The notes beneath the pieces were generated by a model. It searched no databases, had not been told where the DNA came from, and saw nothing but the letters and a program-made list of their open reading frames with translations. A stretch of 24,230 nt of DNA, taken from the IMG/VR virus record IMGVR_UViG_3300049211_000004, positions 1-24,230 of that record; one strand, given 5' to 3'. The position numbers and the translations under genes were made by a program. Shown in pieces: positions 1 through 7,712 of this stretch. The DNA is from a virus. Taxonomy: Duplodnaviria; Caudoviricetes. Numbering within the stretch: the stretch's first letter is position 1; each line of letters opens with the position of its first letter.

Positions 1-107
1 TGGAGGGAGTTCAGGGCAGTTAGTTGACATTCGCCGTAACGCTTCCGAGTGAGTAGGGCGAGCCCCCATCGGGCTCGCCGATAGTTCTATCGCTCATCGC
101 CCTCCCT

Positions 108-180
108 TGTCATCGTTTTGTCACAAAATGTCCAATGTCACAGGAGTGACATGGCAATCGCAGTGTCAGCGCTGCTGACG
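108..180. promoter_or_regulatory. Cluster of TGTCA/TGACA half-sites, including the palindrome ATGTCAC-agga-GTGACAT (135-152); candidate operator array
   Basis: TGTCA at 108, 119, 136 and 164, TGTCC at 129, TGACA at 147, TGACG at 176, in a relatively AT-rich non-coding patch. Confidence 0.4.
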
Positions 181-309
181 AAGTTCTTGGCAATAGCCGT
201 CAGAGGCCCGAGAAGGGGCCTCTGAGCGCCTCTCAGGGCGTGGATGACCTCGGGTACCCCCGCCGATCTACCCCTCTCAGATCGGCGCTGAGAGCCTCTG
301 AGGAGCCAT

Positions 310-350
310 CAAAAAGAGAAAGCCCCCGGACGTATCAAACGTCCGGGGGC
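310..350 (-). terminator. Rho-independent terminator for minus-strand transcription
   Basis: Perfect 12-bp stem GCCCCCGGACGT (322-333)/ACGTCCGGGGGC (339-350), followed on the minus strand by TTTCTCTTTTT. Confidence 0.75.
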
Positions 351-383
351 GATCCTCGGGATGGGAGTAGCTGCATCTTACGG

Positions 384-412
384 TTGCGATTGCCAAGAAG
401 CAACCCTATGGT
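384..412 (+). promoter_or_regulatory. Sigma70-type (SigA/HrdB-like) promoter for the plus-strand ORF
   Basis: TTGCGA (384-389), 17-nt spacer, TATGGT (407-412, TANNNT). An AGGAGG RBS and ATG at 439 follow. Confidence 0.6.
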
Positions 413-438
413 GGCCGACACGACCTTCAGGAGGAACC

Positions 439-768
439 ATGCGCAAGATCATCACTGTCCTAGTGACGAGCGTCGCTCTCGCTCTGCCGCTGCCTGCTGT
501 GGCAGACACTCCAGATAAGGAGTGCCAGATGGTGCAGGGGTGTCAGCCGCCTGAGTGCACCACGATCGCGGACGGTTACGCCGCCGAGGTGGCCGATCTT
601 CAGGCAGAGCTCGCCGAACGGGACCAGACCATCTACGACCTGAAGGCGTACTACCACTCCAAGCTGGAGGTCATCGGCGGGCGCATCGTCGGCTACAAGG
701 ATCAGATCCGCTGGCAGCGTCACGAGATCAAGCGACTTCGCGCAAAGCTGCGCGCGGCGCAGGGGTGA
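439..768 (+). CDS. Secreted protein (Sec signal peptide, three Cys, coiled coil), 109 aa; moron-like
   Basis: AGGAGG RBS before ATG439 (the track start at 361 is too far upstream). MRKIITVLVTSVALALPLPAVA-D is a signal peptide with an AxA cleavage site. Heptad-like segment EVADLQAELAERDQTIYDLK. Confidence 0.75.
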   Translation: MRKIITVLVTSVALALPLPAVADTPDKECQMVQGCQPPECTTIADGYAAEVADLQAELAERDQTIYDLKAYYHSKLEVIGGRIVGYKDQIRWQRHEIKRLRAKLRAAQG

Positions 769-785
769 TGTGCTAGAACAGTGAC

Positions 786-898
786 CGTTGCGCTGGGTTC
801 GGGTTACTTCAATGGCCCATCCTCCCCGGTGCAACGCGGCAGGGTGGACTTAGAGTACCCACCCCGCCACCGCGGGGGCTCGGGCCTCGGGCCCCCGC
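786..898 (+). ncRNA. Putative structured small RNA or 3' UTR with three stem-loops
   Basis: Stems 786-797/825-836 (inner helix 801-806/813-818), 838-847/859-868 and 872-881/889-898. Five G-U pairs on + versus one on -. Confidence 0.4.
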
Positions 899-917
899 AC
901 CAGTCTTGAACGCAAGA

Positions 918-946
918 AACCGCCCCTCCATAACGGAGGGGCGGTT
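918..946. terminator. Bidirectional intrinsic terminator between convergent units
   Basis: 12-bp stem AACCGCCCCTCC/GGAGGGGCGGTT with a 5-nt loop and T-containing tails on both strands, just beyond the holin stop at 964. Confidence 0.75.
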
Positions 947-963
947 CTGCTTTGTAGCGGCGG

Positions 964-1122
964 TCAGGCGTCGGCGTTGGGGACGCGCCACACGACGATG
1001 GCCGCGCAGACAGCGACGGCCACGGTGATGATCGGCGAGTGGAACTCGGTCGAGACCGCAGTCAGGACCGAGCCGGCCAGGGAGGCGTAGGCCTTCAGGT
1101 TGACCAGGAAGTGCTTGCTCAT
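964..1122 (-). CDS. Putative holin, 52 aa, two hydrophobic segments
   Basis: MSKHFLVNLKAYASLAGSVLTAVSTEFHSPIITVAVAVCAAIVVWRVPNADA. ATG overlaps the upstream stop (ATGA). The 'VWRVPN' ending resembles small actinophage holins (recall). Confidence 0.65.
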   Translation of the reverse strand: MSKHFLVNLKAYASLAGSVLTAVSTEFHSPIITVAVAVCAAIVVWRVPNADA

Positions 1123-2975
1123 GTCAGTTTCCTCAGTGTGACGAAGGCGGTTCCACCGAAGCCGGTGGACTGTGCAGAGGGCGGGGTCGGGTTGGTGAAC
1201 TCCACCGATTCGATGTAGGCGCTGCCGGTCTCCCCCGTACGGAAGTCGCGGAAGATCACCAGGGCGTCCGAGGACTCCAGATCCTCCAGCGTGCTCAGCG
1301 CCGTCCACGCGCTGCCGGTTCGGCCGGTCGACTTGCTCGGCTGACGCCGAGTCACGTCCTTGATCATCAGTGGCACGCGGATGATCCGCTGGCGCTGCGG
1401 GTCAGGGAGCGCGCGCAGCTGGTAGCCCAGCAGGACCGGTGAGGCGGTCGGCGCTCCCCCGCTCGGGGTGAGGGTGAACTTCAGCGCGACAGCCTCGGCC
1501 GGGTCGTCCATCCGCAGCGGAACTTCCTCGATGTGGGATTGGGCCACGTCGAGCGTGTAGAGCGAGGTGACCACACCCTCAGCGCTCACCTTGGAGATGT
1601 CGATGGTTCCCGAGGTGCCGTCCGCGTGGACGCGCACCGAGTCGAACCGCTTCGGCTCCAGTGTGGCGTAGCGGTGCAGGCCGGTGGTCAGGTAGCCGGC
1701 GAGCGCGTTGGTGTTGGAGTACCACAGGCTGCCGTTCGCCCACGCGATCTGCGTGCTGATCTGGAGTGTGGTGCAACCAGCGGCAGTCGAGCCGCTGGAG
1801 AACGGGACACCGCGGCCCGTGTAGGCGAACTCCAGACCGTTGCCGACCTGCTCGCTCAGGTCGATCTCGTAGATGCGGTTGTCGACCACCACGGAGACCT
1901 TGGTGGAGTACCGCCCCACAGAGGTCGCAGGAGGCGTTGTGGTGCCCGTTGCACGCTCGATCAGCAGTGGACCGTAGGTCAGCTGCCCCGAGTCCGACAG
2001 CACCGCCAGACGGACGCCTGCGCCCGTCACGAGCACCACGAAGCCGAGGTGGTAGGCGATCGAGGAGATCGTCTCACCGGGCGGGAGCTCGGCCACCTGG
2101 ACGGGGGCCGAGAACGCGGGGATGGTTCCGGTGGAGTCCAGGGTGGCGGCGAAGACGCGGTTCGAGTTGGCGATCAGGATGGGGCCGGGGGTGTCGCACA
2201 CCGAGGAGGCGGTGGCCCAGTCCGAACCGGTGAAGATCACGTCCGTCGCAGCGATGGCCTGCGGCGGCGCCGAGGGGTTCGGCGCCAACTGGTACCACTT
2301 GCCGTCGCTGTCGTTGATGAGCAGCCGCGACTTGACGTACCAGATCCCACGAGCCGTCGTCGTGAAGCCGGTGTAGAGGATCGTCTCGGTGCCACCCGTG
2401 GTCACCGAGGTCACCTTGCCGTTCGCCAGCAGGGCGTACATCAGCGTCGGCGAGGTGGTGACGGCACGCACGGTCGTCGCGGCCGGCGCATAGGTGGTCG
2501 GCGTCCCGTTGAAGTTGCCGTACTTCAGGGTGGTGCCGTCGAGCACCACGAGCGCGGCGTCAATCGCAGAGACGTAGGACACCGAGGAGACCGCGGTGGA
2601 GAAGGCGCTCCACGCCTTCTGACACGAGACCTTGCCGACCTTGGTGAACGGGTCGAGACCCTCGGCGTCGGAGTAGCGGTTGAGAACCGTCTCGCCCTCG
2701 GAGGTCTCGTAGTAGGTGACGCCCGCACCCTTGTGGAACGAGAACTGCCCCCGGGTCCACCAGCCCGTCAGGGACTGGTCGCCCACCGTCTGTCCGGTGT
2801 CGAACTGATCCTTGCGGAACTGGGCCGTCGCGCGCTGGTAGGGGTTCGCGTCGCTCGGAGAGACCTTGAAGTACAGGTCGTTGATGGCGAAGTCGGAGCC
2901 ATCGCTCGGCGTGATGCTCGTCGAGGTGTCGGTGAAGACATCGAGCGGCGGCTCGACGATGAGCCCAATGGTCAT
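1119..2975 (-). CDS. Tail nozzle / tail tubular protein B-like, 618 aa (probable beta-propeller)
   Basis: True start MTIGLIVEPP at 2975, coupled by TGATG. Beta-rich repeats, size and position downstream of adaptor and fibre fit a podovirus nozzle. Confidence 0.6.
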   Translation of the reverse strand: MTIGLIVEPPLDVFTDTSTSITPSDGSDFAINDLYFKVSPSDANPYQRATAQFRKDQFDTGQTVGDQSLTGWWTRGQFSFHKGAGVTYYETSEGETVLNRYSDAEGLDPFTKVGKVSCQKAWSAFSTAVSSVSYVSAIDAALVVLDGTTLKYGNFNGTPTTYAPAATTVRAVTTSPTLMYALLANGKVTSVTTGGTETILYTGFTTTARGIWYVKSRLLINDSDGKWYQLAPNPSAPPQAIAATDVIFTGSDWATASSVCDTPGPILIANSNRVFAATLDSTGTIPAFSAPVQVAELPPGETISSIAYHLGFVVLVTGAGVRLAVLSDSGQLTYGPLLIERATGTTTPPATSVGRYSTKVSVVVDNRIYEIDLSEQVGNGLEFAYTGRGVPFSSGSTAAGCTTLQISTQIAWANGSLWYSNTNALAGYLTTGLHRYATLEPKRFDSVRVHADGTSGTIDISKVSAEGVVTSLYTLDVAQSHIEEVPLRMDDPAEAVALKFTLTPSGGAPTASPVLLGYQLRALPDPQRQRIIRVPLMIKDVTRRQPSKSTGRTGSAWTALSTLEDLESSDALVIFRDFRTGETGSAYIESVEFTNPTPPSAQSTGFGGTAFVTLRKLT

Positions 2976-4120
2976 CAGGCCACCCGGGTGATGGTCGCCC
3001 AGGAGCCCGCGAGGACGCGGGTGGCGGTGGCGTTGGACGTCTCCTGGGCCCACTGAAGGGTGACGCTGCCCGAGGTGCCAGCAACGACGACCGAGAAATC
3101 GAGACGCACGCCCCATGTCGTTCCGGGCCCCGAGGTGTCGCCAGTAAAGATCGGGGTTCCGCTACCGGCGCTCACGACGAAAGCACTGGTCGGGGTGGTC
3201 TGCGTCAGCTTTCCACCGCTGACGGTCGCCCCGGCTGGCAGCGCGAGCGCGGTGGAGATACCGTTGCTGAGGCCCGTGGCTCCGTCGTAGAACAGGAATA
3301 GGGAGAGCGCGTACTCGGCGTTCGCGGCAACCGTGAAGGTGAGCGCGTCATCGTTCTGGAGGACCGTGGAGCTCGTCACCGACTCGGTGACCGTCTTCCT
3401 GATATAGCGCTGCTGCCCAACGCCAGTCACTCCGGCGAGGGTGTCGATGCTCGGGCTCGTGATCGTCGGCGTGTTGATCGTCGGCGAAGTCAACGTCTTG
3501 TTGGTCAGCGTCTGCGTGTTCGTCGTGCCGACCACGGCGCCGGTAGCGCCGTGGGCCACGGTCGCTCCGGTGTGAGCGTTGAACGCCGTGGTGCCGCACA
3601 CGTCGTCGTCGGTGACGGCGGTGCTGAACTGAGCCAGCGTGCCCGAGACGGTGTTCGAGCCGAGGGCGATGGTCTTGTTGGTCAGCGTCTGAGCGCCGGT
3701 CAGGGTCGCCAGGGTCGTCGGGAACGAGTTGGACCCCGCGGTCAGATCCTTGTTGCTCAGCGCCTGCGTATCCGTGGTCCCAACCACGGAGCCGGTGAGC
3801 CCGTGCACGCCGCTGGAGGCATTCTCGTGGGTGCGCGAGTCGCGGAAGTCGATCGCGGAGTGGACGTGCTTGACGACGGCGCCGAGCGAGTGCGAGACCG
3901 CCGTGGTGGAGTCGTAGCCGCGGGTGGCGGTCAGGTTCAGGCCGGCCACGGTCGTGACCAGGACGAGCTCCTGGGAGGCAGTGCCGTAGTCGATGGCGAG
4001 GAGGAACGGTGCGGCCGGGAAGCCTGTGGTGGCCGCGACGGGGATGGTCGTCGCGGCGGCAGTGACGCCACTGCTCAGCGTCGTCGAGAGGGCGTTCGCG
4101 CTGTAGTTCCGGTTCGTCAT
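2975..4120 (-). CDS. Tail fibre protein 1, 381 aa
   Basis: Thr/Gly-rich, with TQTLTNKT repeats, His-containing knots (HENASSGVHG, HTGATVAHG) and a C-terminal beta-sandwich-like tip (TLQWAQ). Confidence 0.75.
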   Translation of the reverse strand: MTNRNYSANALSTTLSSGVTAAATTIPVAATTGFPAAPFLLAIDYGTASQELVLVTTVAGLNLTATRGYDSTTAVSHSLGAVVKHVHSAIDFRDSRTHENASSGVHGLTGSVVGTTDTQALSNKDLTAGSNSFPTTLATLTGAQTLTNKTIALGSNTVSGTLAQFSTAVTDDDVCGTTAFNAHTGATVAHGATGAVVGTTNTQTLTNKTLTSPTINTPTITSPSIDTLAGVTGVGQQRYIRKTVTESVTSSTVLQNDDALTFTVAANAEYALSLFLFYDGATGLSNGISTALALPAGATVSGGKLTQTTPTSAFVVSAGSGTPIFTGDTSGPGTTWGVRLDFSVVVAGTSGSVTLQWAQETSNATATRVLAGSWATITRVA

Positions 4121-4986
4121 CGAGTCCTCACTGAGATGGGCGTAGGCGTGGTGGCGCGCAGACGCTTGCGCTCGTTCTCCAGCTCGATCAGGTACCGCTG
4201 GTACAGCTGCGTGCTGATCTTGGAAGCGCTGCCGATCTGATTGCGCGAGGCGTCGAGCTCGTCAGCCTGCGCGGTGTCCACCGGCAGGCGGGCCGGGTCC
4301 ATGAACGCCAGGAGCTGCGAACACGCGGCGTACTTGATGGCGAGCTTCGCGGTTTCCCGCAGGCCGGACTCGGTGAAGTCGTCGCCGAAGGTGATCTGCG
4401 TGGGCGCCGTGGAGTAGGTGACGTTGAAGTTCTTCCCCGGGAAGCCGCCCTTCTCGATCGTCAGCGTCTTGGCGACGGGATCGAAGGAGTGGCGCACGAT
4501 CAGCGGCGTCTCGTTCGAGGGGCCGATGGTGTCCGTGGTGACCCGGAGCACCTGCTCGACAGTGGCCGGCAGGGCGTAGGTGGTCTGCACGGGGCTGAAG
4601 ACCACGGTCGTGGTCGCGACCTTGAACAGGTCGGGGAAGGTGTTCGTGATCGCTTCGTTGATCGCGTTCGCCACACGGCCCCGGCCCCACGTCGGGGCCA
4701 TCGTCACGCGAGCGTTCGCCGAGTGGGCGGCAGCGGTGGTGCCGTAGTAGCCCCGGCCGTCAGGAGAGACGGTGAGGATGTTCGAGTCATAGTCGACTGA
4801 CTCGATAAAGATTGTCTCGTTATCGATCTCGCAGACGCCCTGCTCGAAGCCGGTGGCGTCAACCACAGTGATCGAGGTCGCGGTATCGGTGATCGAGCCG
4901 GAGAGGTGAGACATCCGGGGCTGCGCAAGGCCGTAGCCCTGGAGGGACTGGAGCACGTCATAGACGAGCTGGTCGAAGGTGCTCAC
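4117..4986 (-). CDS. Head-tail adaptor / tail tubular protein A-like with an inserted fibre-dock domain, about 289 aa
   Basis: Likely GTG start at 4986 overlapping the upstream TGA (GTGA). Helical N- and C-terminal parts (AINEAI; AIKYAACSQLL) flank a beta insertion. Position fits. Confidence 0.6.
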   Translation of the reverse strand: MSTFDQLVYDVLQSLQGYGLAQPRMSHLSGSITDTATSITVVDATGFEQGVCEIDNETIFIESVDYDSNILTVSPDGRGYYGTTAAAHSANARVTMAPTWGRGRVANAINEAITNTFPDLFKVATTTVVFSPVQTTYALPATVEQVLRVTTDTIGPSNETPLIVRHSFDPVAKTLTIEKGGFPGKNFNVTYSTAPTQITFGDDFTESGLRETAKLAIKYAACSQLLAFMDPARLPVDTAQADELDASRNQIGSASKISTQLYQRYLIELENERKRLRATTPTPISVRTR

Positions 4987-5237
4987 GCCTGCCACGCCGT
5001 TCCCGCTGCGTCACTCAGACGCACCGCACGGTCGACTGCCTCACGGCTGGTGCCGGCAGGCTGAATGCCCTGCCGGCGCGCGTCGCGGTAGGCGTCGAGG
5101 TCGCGGTCCCACTTCTTCTGCGTGTCCGCGTCGAAGCCCTTGCTGATGTCCACGCCGACGCCACGGACCCCCTTGGCGCGCATGCAAGCGCCGAGCGTGG
5201 GGTGGTCCTTGGTCAGGCAGGCGCTAGAGCAGGCCAT
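4983..5237 (-). CDS. Small phage protein with a C-x3-C-x4-H-x5-C motif, 84 aa
   Basis: AGAGGAG RBS. MACSSACLTKDHPTLGAC suggests metal binding. Confidence 0.7.
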   Translation of the reverse strand: MACSSACLTKDHPTLGACMRAKGVRGVGVDISKGFDADTQKKWDRDLDAYRDARRQGIQPAGTSREAVDRAVRLSDAAGTAWQA

Positions 5238-5264
5238 GTCGCTCCTCTGTTGTCATTGTCAAAA

Positions 5265-5516
5265 TCAGGGAATGGCCGCAGCCGCGGCATCCACTTCGAG
5301 GCCGGTCGTGCCGGCGAGCTGGTTCAGCACTCCGGCAAGGTCGCGGTAGTTCGGCAGCGTGTTGAGCGCCTTGATGTTCAGCGCCTCGACGAGATCGAGG
5401 CCTGACGTGCCGGCCCAGACGTTCGCTGCGCCCTGGGCGTCGCGAGTCGGCACGCCGCCGACGAGCGTGCCCGCCTTGCGGTTCATCGCGTATTGGAGCG
5501 TTTCTCCTGCCGCCAT
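5265..5516 (-). CDS. Small putative virion protein, 83 aa
   Basis: GGAGGA RBS, codon usage like its neighbours, internal LAGT..GL repeat. Confidence 0.7.
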   Translation of the reverse strand: MAAGETLQYAMNRKAGTLVGGVPTRDAQGAANVWAGTSGLDLVEALNIKALNTLPNYRDLAGVLNQLAGTTGLEVDAAAAAIP

Positions 5517-5529
5517 CAGTCCTCCGTTG

Positions 5530-6336
5530 TCATGCGAGTTCGAGCGTGCCCTGAACGCGGAACAGAGTTCCGTTGGTGAATGCAGCGAGGCTGCTGATGT
5601 TCGCGCCTAGGAACTGGCCCGTAGATCCGCCTGCCGCGAAGTTCCACACCGCCAACTGGTTAGACCCGGACGTGGTGTAACCAGAGAGCATCTGCGGCTG
5701 ATCGTTGACGACTGTCATGCCCGCTGGAAGGGAGGCTGTCATTGGGGCTGCCACGAACGCCGTCGTGGTTCCGCCGACGATGGCGAGCCGGATGTGCAGC
5801 GTTTTCCCGACCTGCATGTAGCGGGCAACGACCGTGGCGTTGCCGATTGTCAGGTTCGTGAAGGTTGGCGTGTACGCGGCCCATGCGCCGGAAAGGTCGG
5901 TGGTGGCAGCGCCAACCTTGGTGCCCGTTGAAAGGGTCTTGTTCGTCAGCGTCTCAGTGCCGGCGAGGGTGGCGAAGTCGTTGTCACTCAGAGCTGCGTT
6001 GAACTGAGCGGTGGTGCCGCTCAGCGTGTTGCTCGACAGGTTGACCGTCTTGTTGGTGAGCGTTTCCGATCCCGCCAACGTTGCGAAGTCGTTGTCGGTG
6101 AGCGCAGTGTTGAACTGCGCCGTCGTGCCGGAGATCGTGTTGCTGCCGAGAGCGATCGTCTTGTTCGTGAGGGTCTGAGCACCGTTCAGCGTCACGTCGG
6201 CGACGAGGGTCTCAAGGCCAGTCGCGCTCTTGGTGTAGACCTTGCCGTCGCTCTTGACGTAGAGCAGCTGCCCACCGGTCTGAGGATTACCGTTCGGAGT
6301 GGCGATCTGCCGGAGATTCAGGAACGCCTCGGCCAT
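5530..6336 (-). CDS. Tail fibre / receptor-binding protein 2, 268 aa
   Basis: True start MAEAFLNLRQ at 6336 (TAATG overlap with the endolysin stop). 37-aa TLTNKT repeats. C-terminal 'WAAYTPT...RYMQVGKTLHIRL...SLP' fibre-tip pattern. Confidence 0.75.
   Translation of the reverse strand: MAEAFLNLRQIATPNGNPQTGGQLLYVKSDGKVYTKSATGLETLVADVTLNGAQTLTNKTIALGSNTISGTTAQFNTALTDNDFATLAGSETLTNKTVNLSSNTLSGTTAQFNAALSDNDFATLAGTETLTNKTLSTGTKVGAATTDLSGAWAAYTPTFTNLTIGNATVVARYMQVGKTLHIRLAIVGGTTTAFVAAPMTASLPAGMTVVNDQPQMLSGYTTSGSNQLAVWNFAAGGSTGQFLGANISSLAAFTNGTLFRVQGTLELA
5938..6174 (-). repeat. 111-bp (37-codon) tandem repeat, about 2.1 copies
   Basis: TLTNK codons recur at 5938, 6049 and 6160, exactly 111 nt apart. 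Confidence 0.85.
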
Positions 6337-6896
6337 TACTCCCAGCCGGCCTTCAGCAGGCTCACCTGCCGGCGCACCTCGCGCATGAAGCGACGACGGC
6401 GCCACGCGCCCGGATCCCAGTGAGTCGACTTCTTGAACGCCAGCGACATCTGCCGGTGGGTGGTGATGCCCTTGATCCCAAGCAGAAGTCCGACGCGGCT
6501 CACGTAGTAGGGCCGGATGTTGTAGGCGAGGCAGAGCTTGGCGACCAGCTTGGCCGCACGCCGCTCCATGCGGCGGTGCTCCGCGTCGTCCCAGCGCTCG
6601 ATGTTCGCCTGGTCCGGCATCTCGCACATCTCGACGGCGATGGAGCCCTCGTTGTAGCCGCAGTGGTACGCGACCGTGTGGTCAGCCACTGACTGCACGA
6701 TGTGCCCTGGGTCGACGCTGTAGTGCGCAGAGGCGGGACGGTCGGTGCGAGCGAAGTAGAGCGCGACGCCACGAGCGGCGCCCTCCCGGCAGGCGCACAC
6801 CGCCGAGTGCATGACGATCCACTTGATCTTGTCCTGCCGTCCGCCGCTCCAACGAGCAGCGATGAACTCCGGGTGCGGTGCGGGGTAGGTCGTCAT
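6336..6896 (-). CDS. Endolysin, N-acetylmuramoyl-L-alanine amidase (Amidase_2 type), 186 aa
   Basis: Motifs IVMHS, SAHY, AYHCG, SIAVEMC, HRQ and HWDPG. Basic tail with no separate cell-wall-binding domain. Confidence 0.9.
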   Translation of the reverse strand: MTTYPAPHPEFIAARWSGGRQDKIKWIVMHSAVCACREGAARGVALYFARTDRPASAHYSVDPGHIVQSVADHTVAYHCGYNEGSIAVEMCEMPDQANIERWDDAEHRRMERRAAKLVAKLCLAYNIRPYYVSRVGLLLGIKGITTHRQMSLAFKKSTHWDPGAWRRRRFMREVRRQVSLLKAGWE

Positions 6897-6897
6897 C

Positions 6898-7467
6898 TCA
6901 TCCTCGGATCGTGTTGCAGCGCACGCCGTTGCGGCGTGCGGCCTGGGCGCGGCGACGGCCGGCGCCCCGGACGGGGAAGTTCCTGATGGTTCGAGCGCGG
7001 AGGCGGCAGCCGCGCTGCTTCGCCGCGGCCTTCAGATAGCGCCACGGCCAGTCGAGTTCGAACCGCTTGTCATCCTTGGCCTCGACGTAGGCGCCAATGC
7101 CGCGCAGTGCGCACTCGCGGAGCAGCACCCGGACGCGCTTGATGCGGTAGCCGTCCTTGGTCTTCAGTCGCAGCGCCTCTTCGAGGGTCATCTGTCGAAC
7201 CGTCGTGCGGGGGCTGAGCAGACCCTCAGGGTCGAAGAACCCGTCGCGGAGCATCGGGCGGTCCCAGTGCGTGCCGACGATGTGGCCGAGACACACGCCG
7301 TTGACGTGCTCCTCGTCGCCGACGAGCGGACACTCGGGGTCGGCCTTGGTGATGAGCAGGTCCAGGTCGATCCAGACGAAGAGTCGACGAGCGGCGCGGC
7401 GGATGCCGCGGATCGAGTTCTCGACGTGCTTCTTGATCGGATGCCGGACGTGGTAGATCCAGCCCAT
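6898..7467 (-). CDS. Glycerophosphodiester phosphodiesterase (GDPD)-like protein, 189 aa, very basic
   Basis: Start MGWIYH at 7467 (TGATG). ENSIRGIRRAA resembles ENT/S-x-x-AF; IDLDLLITK resembles IELDVxxTKD; VGTHW resembles VVxHD; VRQMTLEE resembles VxDLTLxE; YVEAK resembles xIEIK. All are in canonical order. Confidence 0.6.
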   Translation of the reverse strand: MGWIYHVRHPIKKHVENSIRGIRRAARRLFVWIDLDLLITKADPECPLVGDEEHVNGVCLGHIVGTHWDRPMLRDGFFDPEGLLSPRTTVRQMTLEEALRLKTKDGYRIKRVRVLLRECALRGIGAYVEAKDDKRFELDWPWRYLKAAAKQRGCRLRARTIRNFPVRGAGRRRAQAARRNGVRCNTIRG

Positions 7468-7712
7468 CAGGTCGTCACGAACCCGGCAGCGTTCAGCGCT
7501 GCCGCAACGGCCGGAGTTACGGTGTAGACGCGCCCACCCTGGAACCATGTCTCGCCCTCAACGAGGTCGACGACCTCGCCCAGCCACGGGTAGGGGCGAG
7601 CAACGAACGTGGTGCCGTTCCAGAGAACCGAGACTCCGCCCTTGATGGCGTAGCGGCCGAACAGGATGTCGTCGGAGAACTGGTCGGTGGTGGGCGGCTC
7701 GAAGGTCGCCAT
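7467..7712 (-). CDS. Small phage protein, 81 aa (possible head-associated protein)
   Basis: Start MATFEPPT at 7712, coupled by TGATG at both ends. Ends FQGGRVYTVTPAVAAALNAAGF. Confidence 0.7.
   Translation of the reverse strand: MATFEPPTTDQFSDDILFGRYAIKGGVSVLWNGTTFVARPYPWLGEVVDLVEGETWFQGGRVYTVTPAVAAALNAAGFVTT

Noticed and set aside
1-100. TTGACA promoter at 25-30 and short minus-strand ORFs (starts near 30 and 97)
   Set aside because: No -10 at proper spacing, RBS spacing is poor, and the sequence is cut by the window edge.
801-818. tRNA-Sec or opal suppressor (CTTCAA loop)
   Set aside because: The loop is 6 nt and there is no T arm, D arm or cloverleaf around it.
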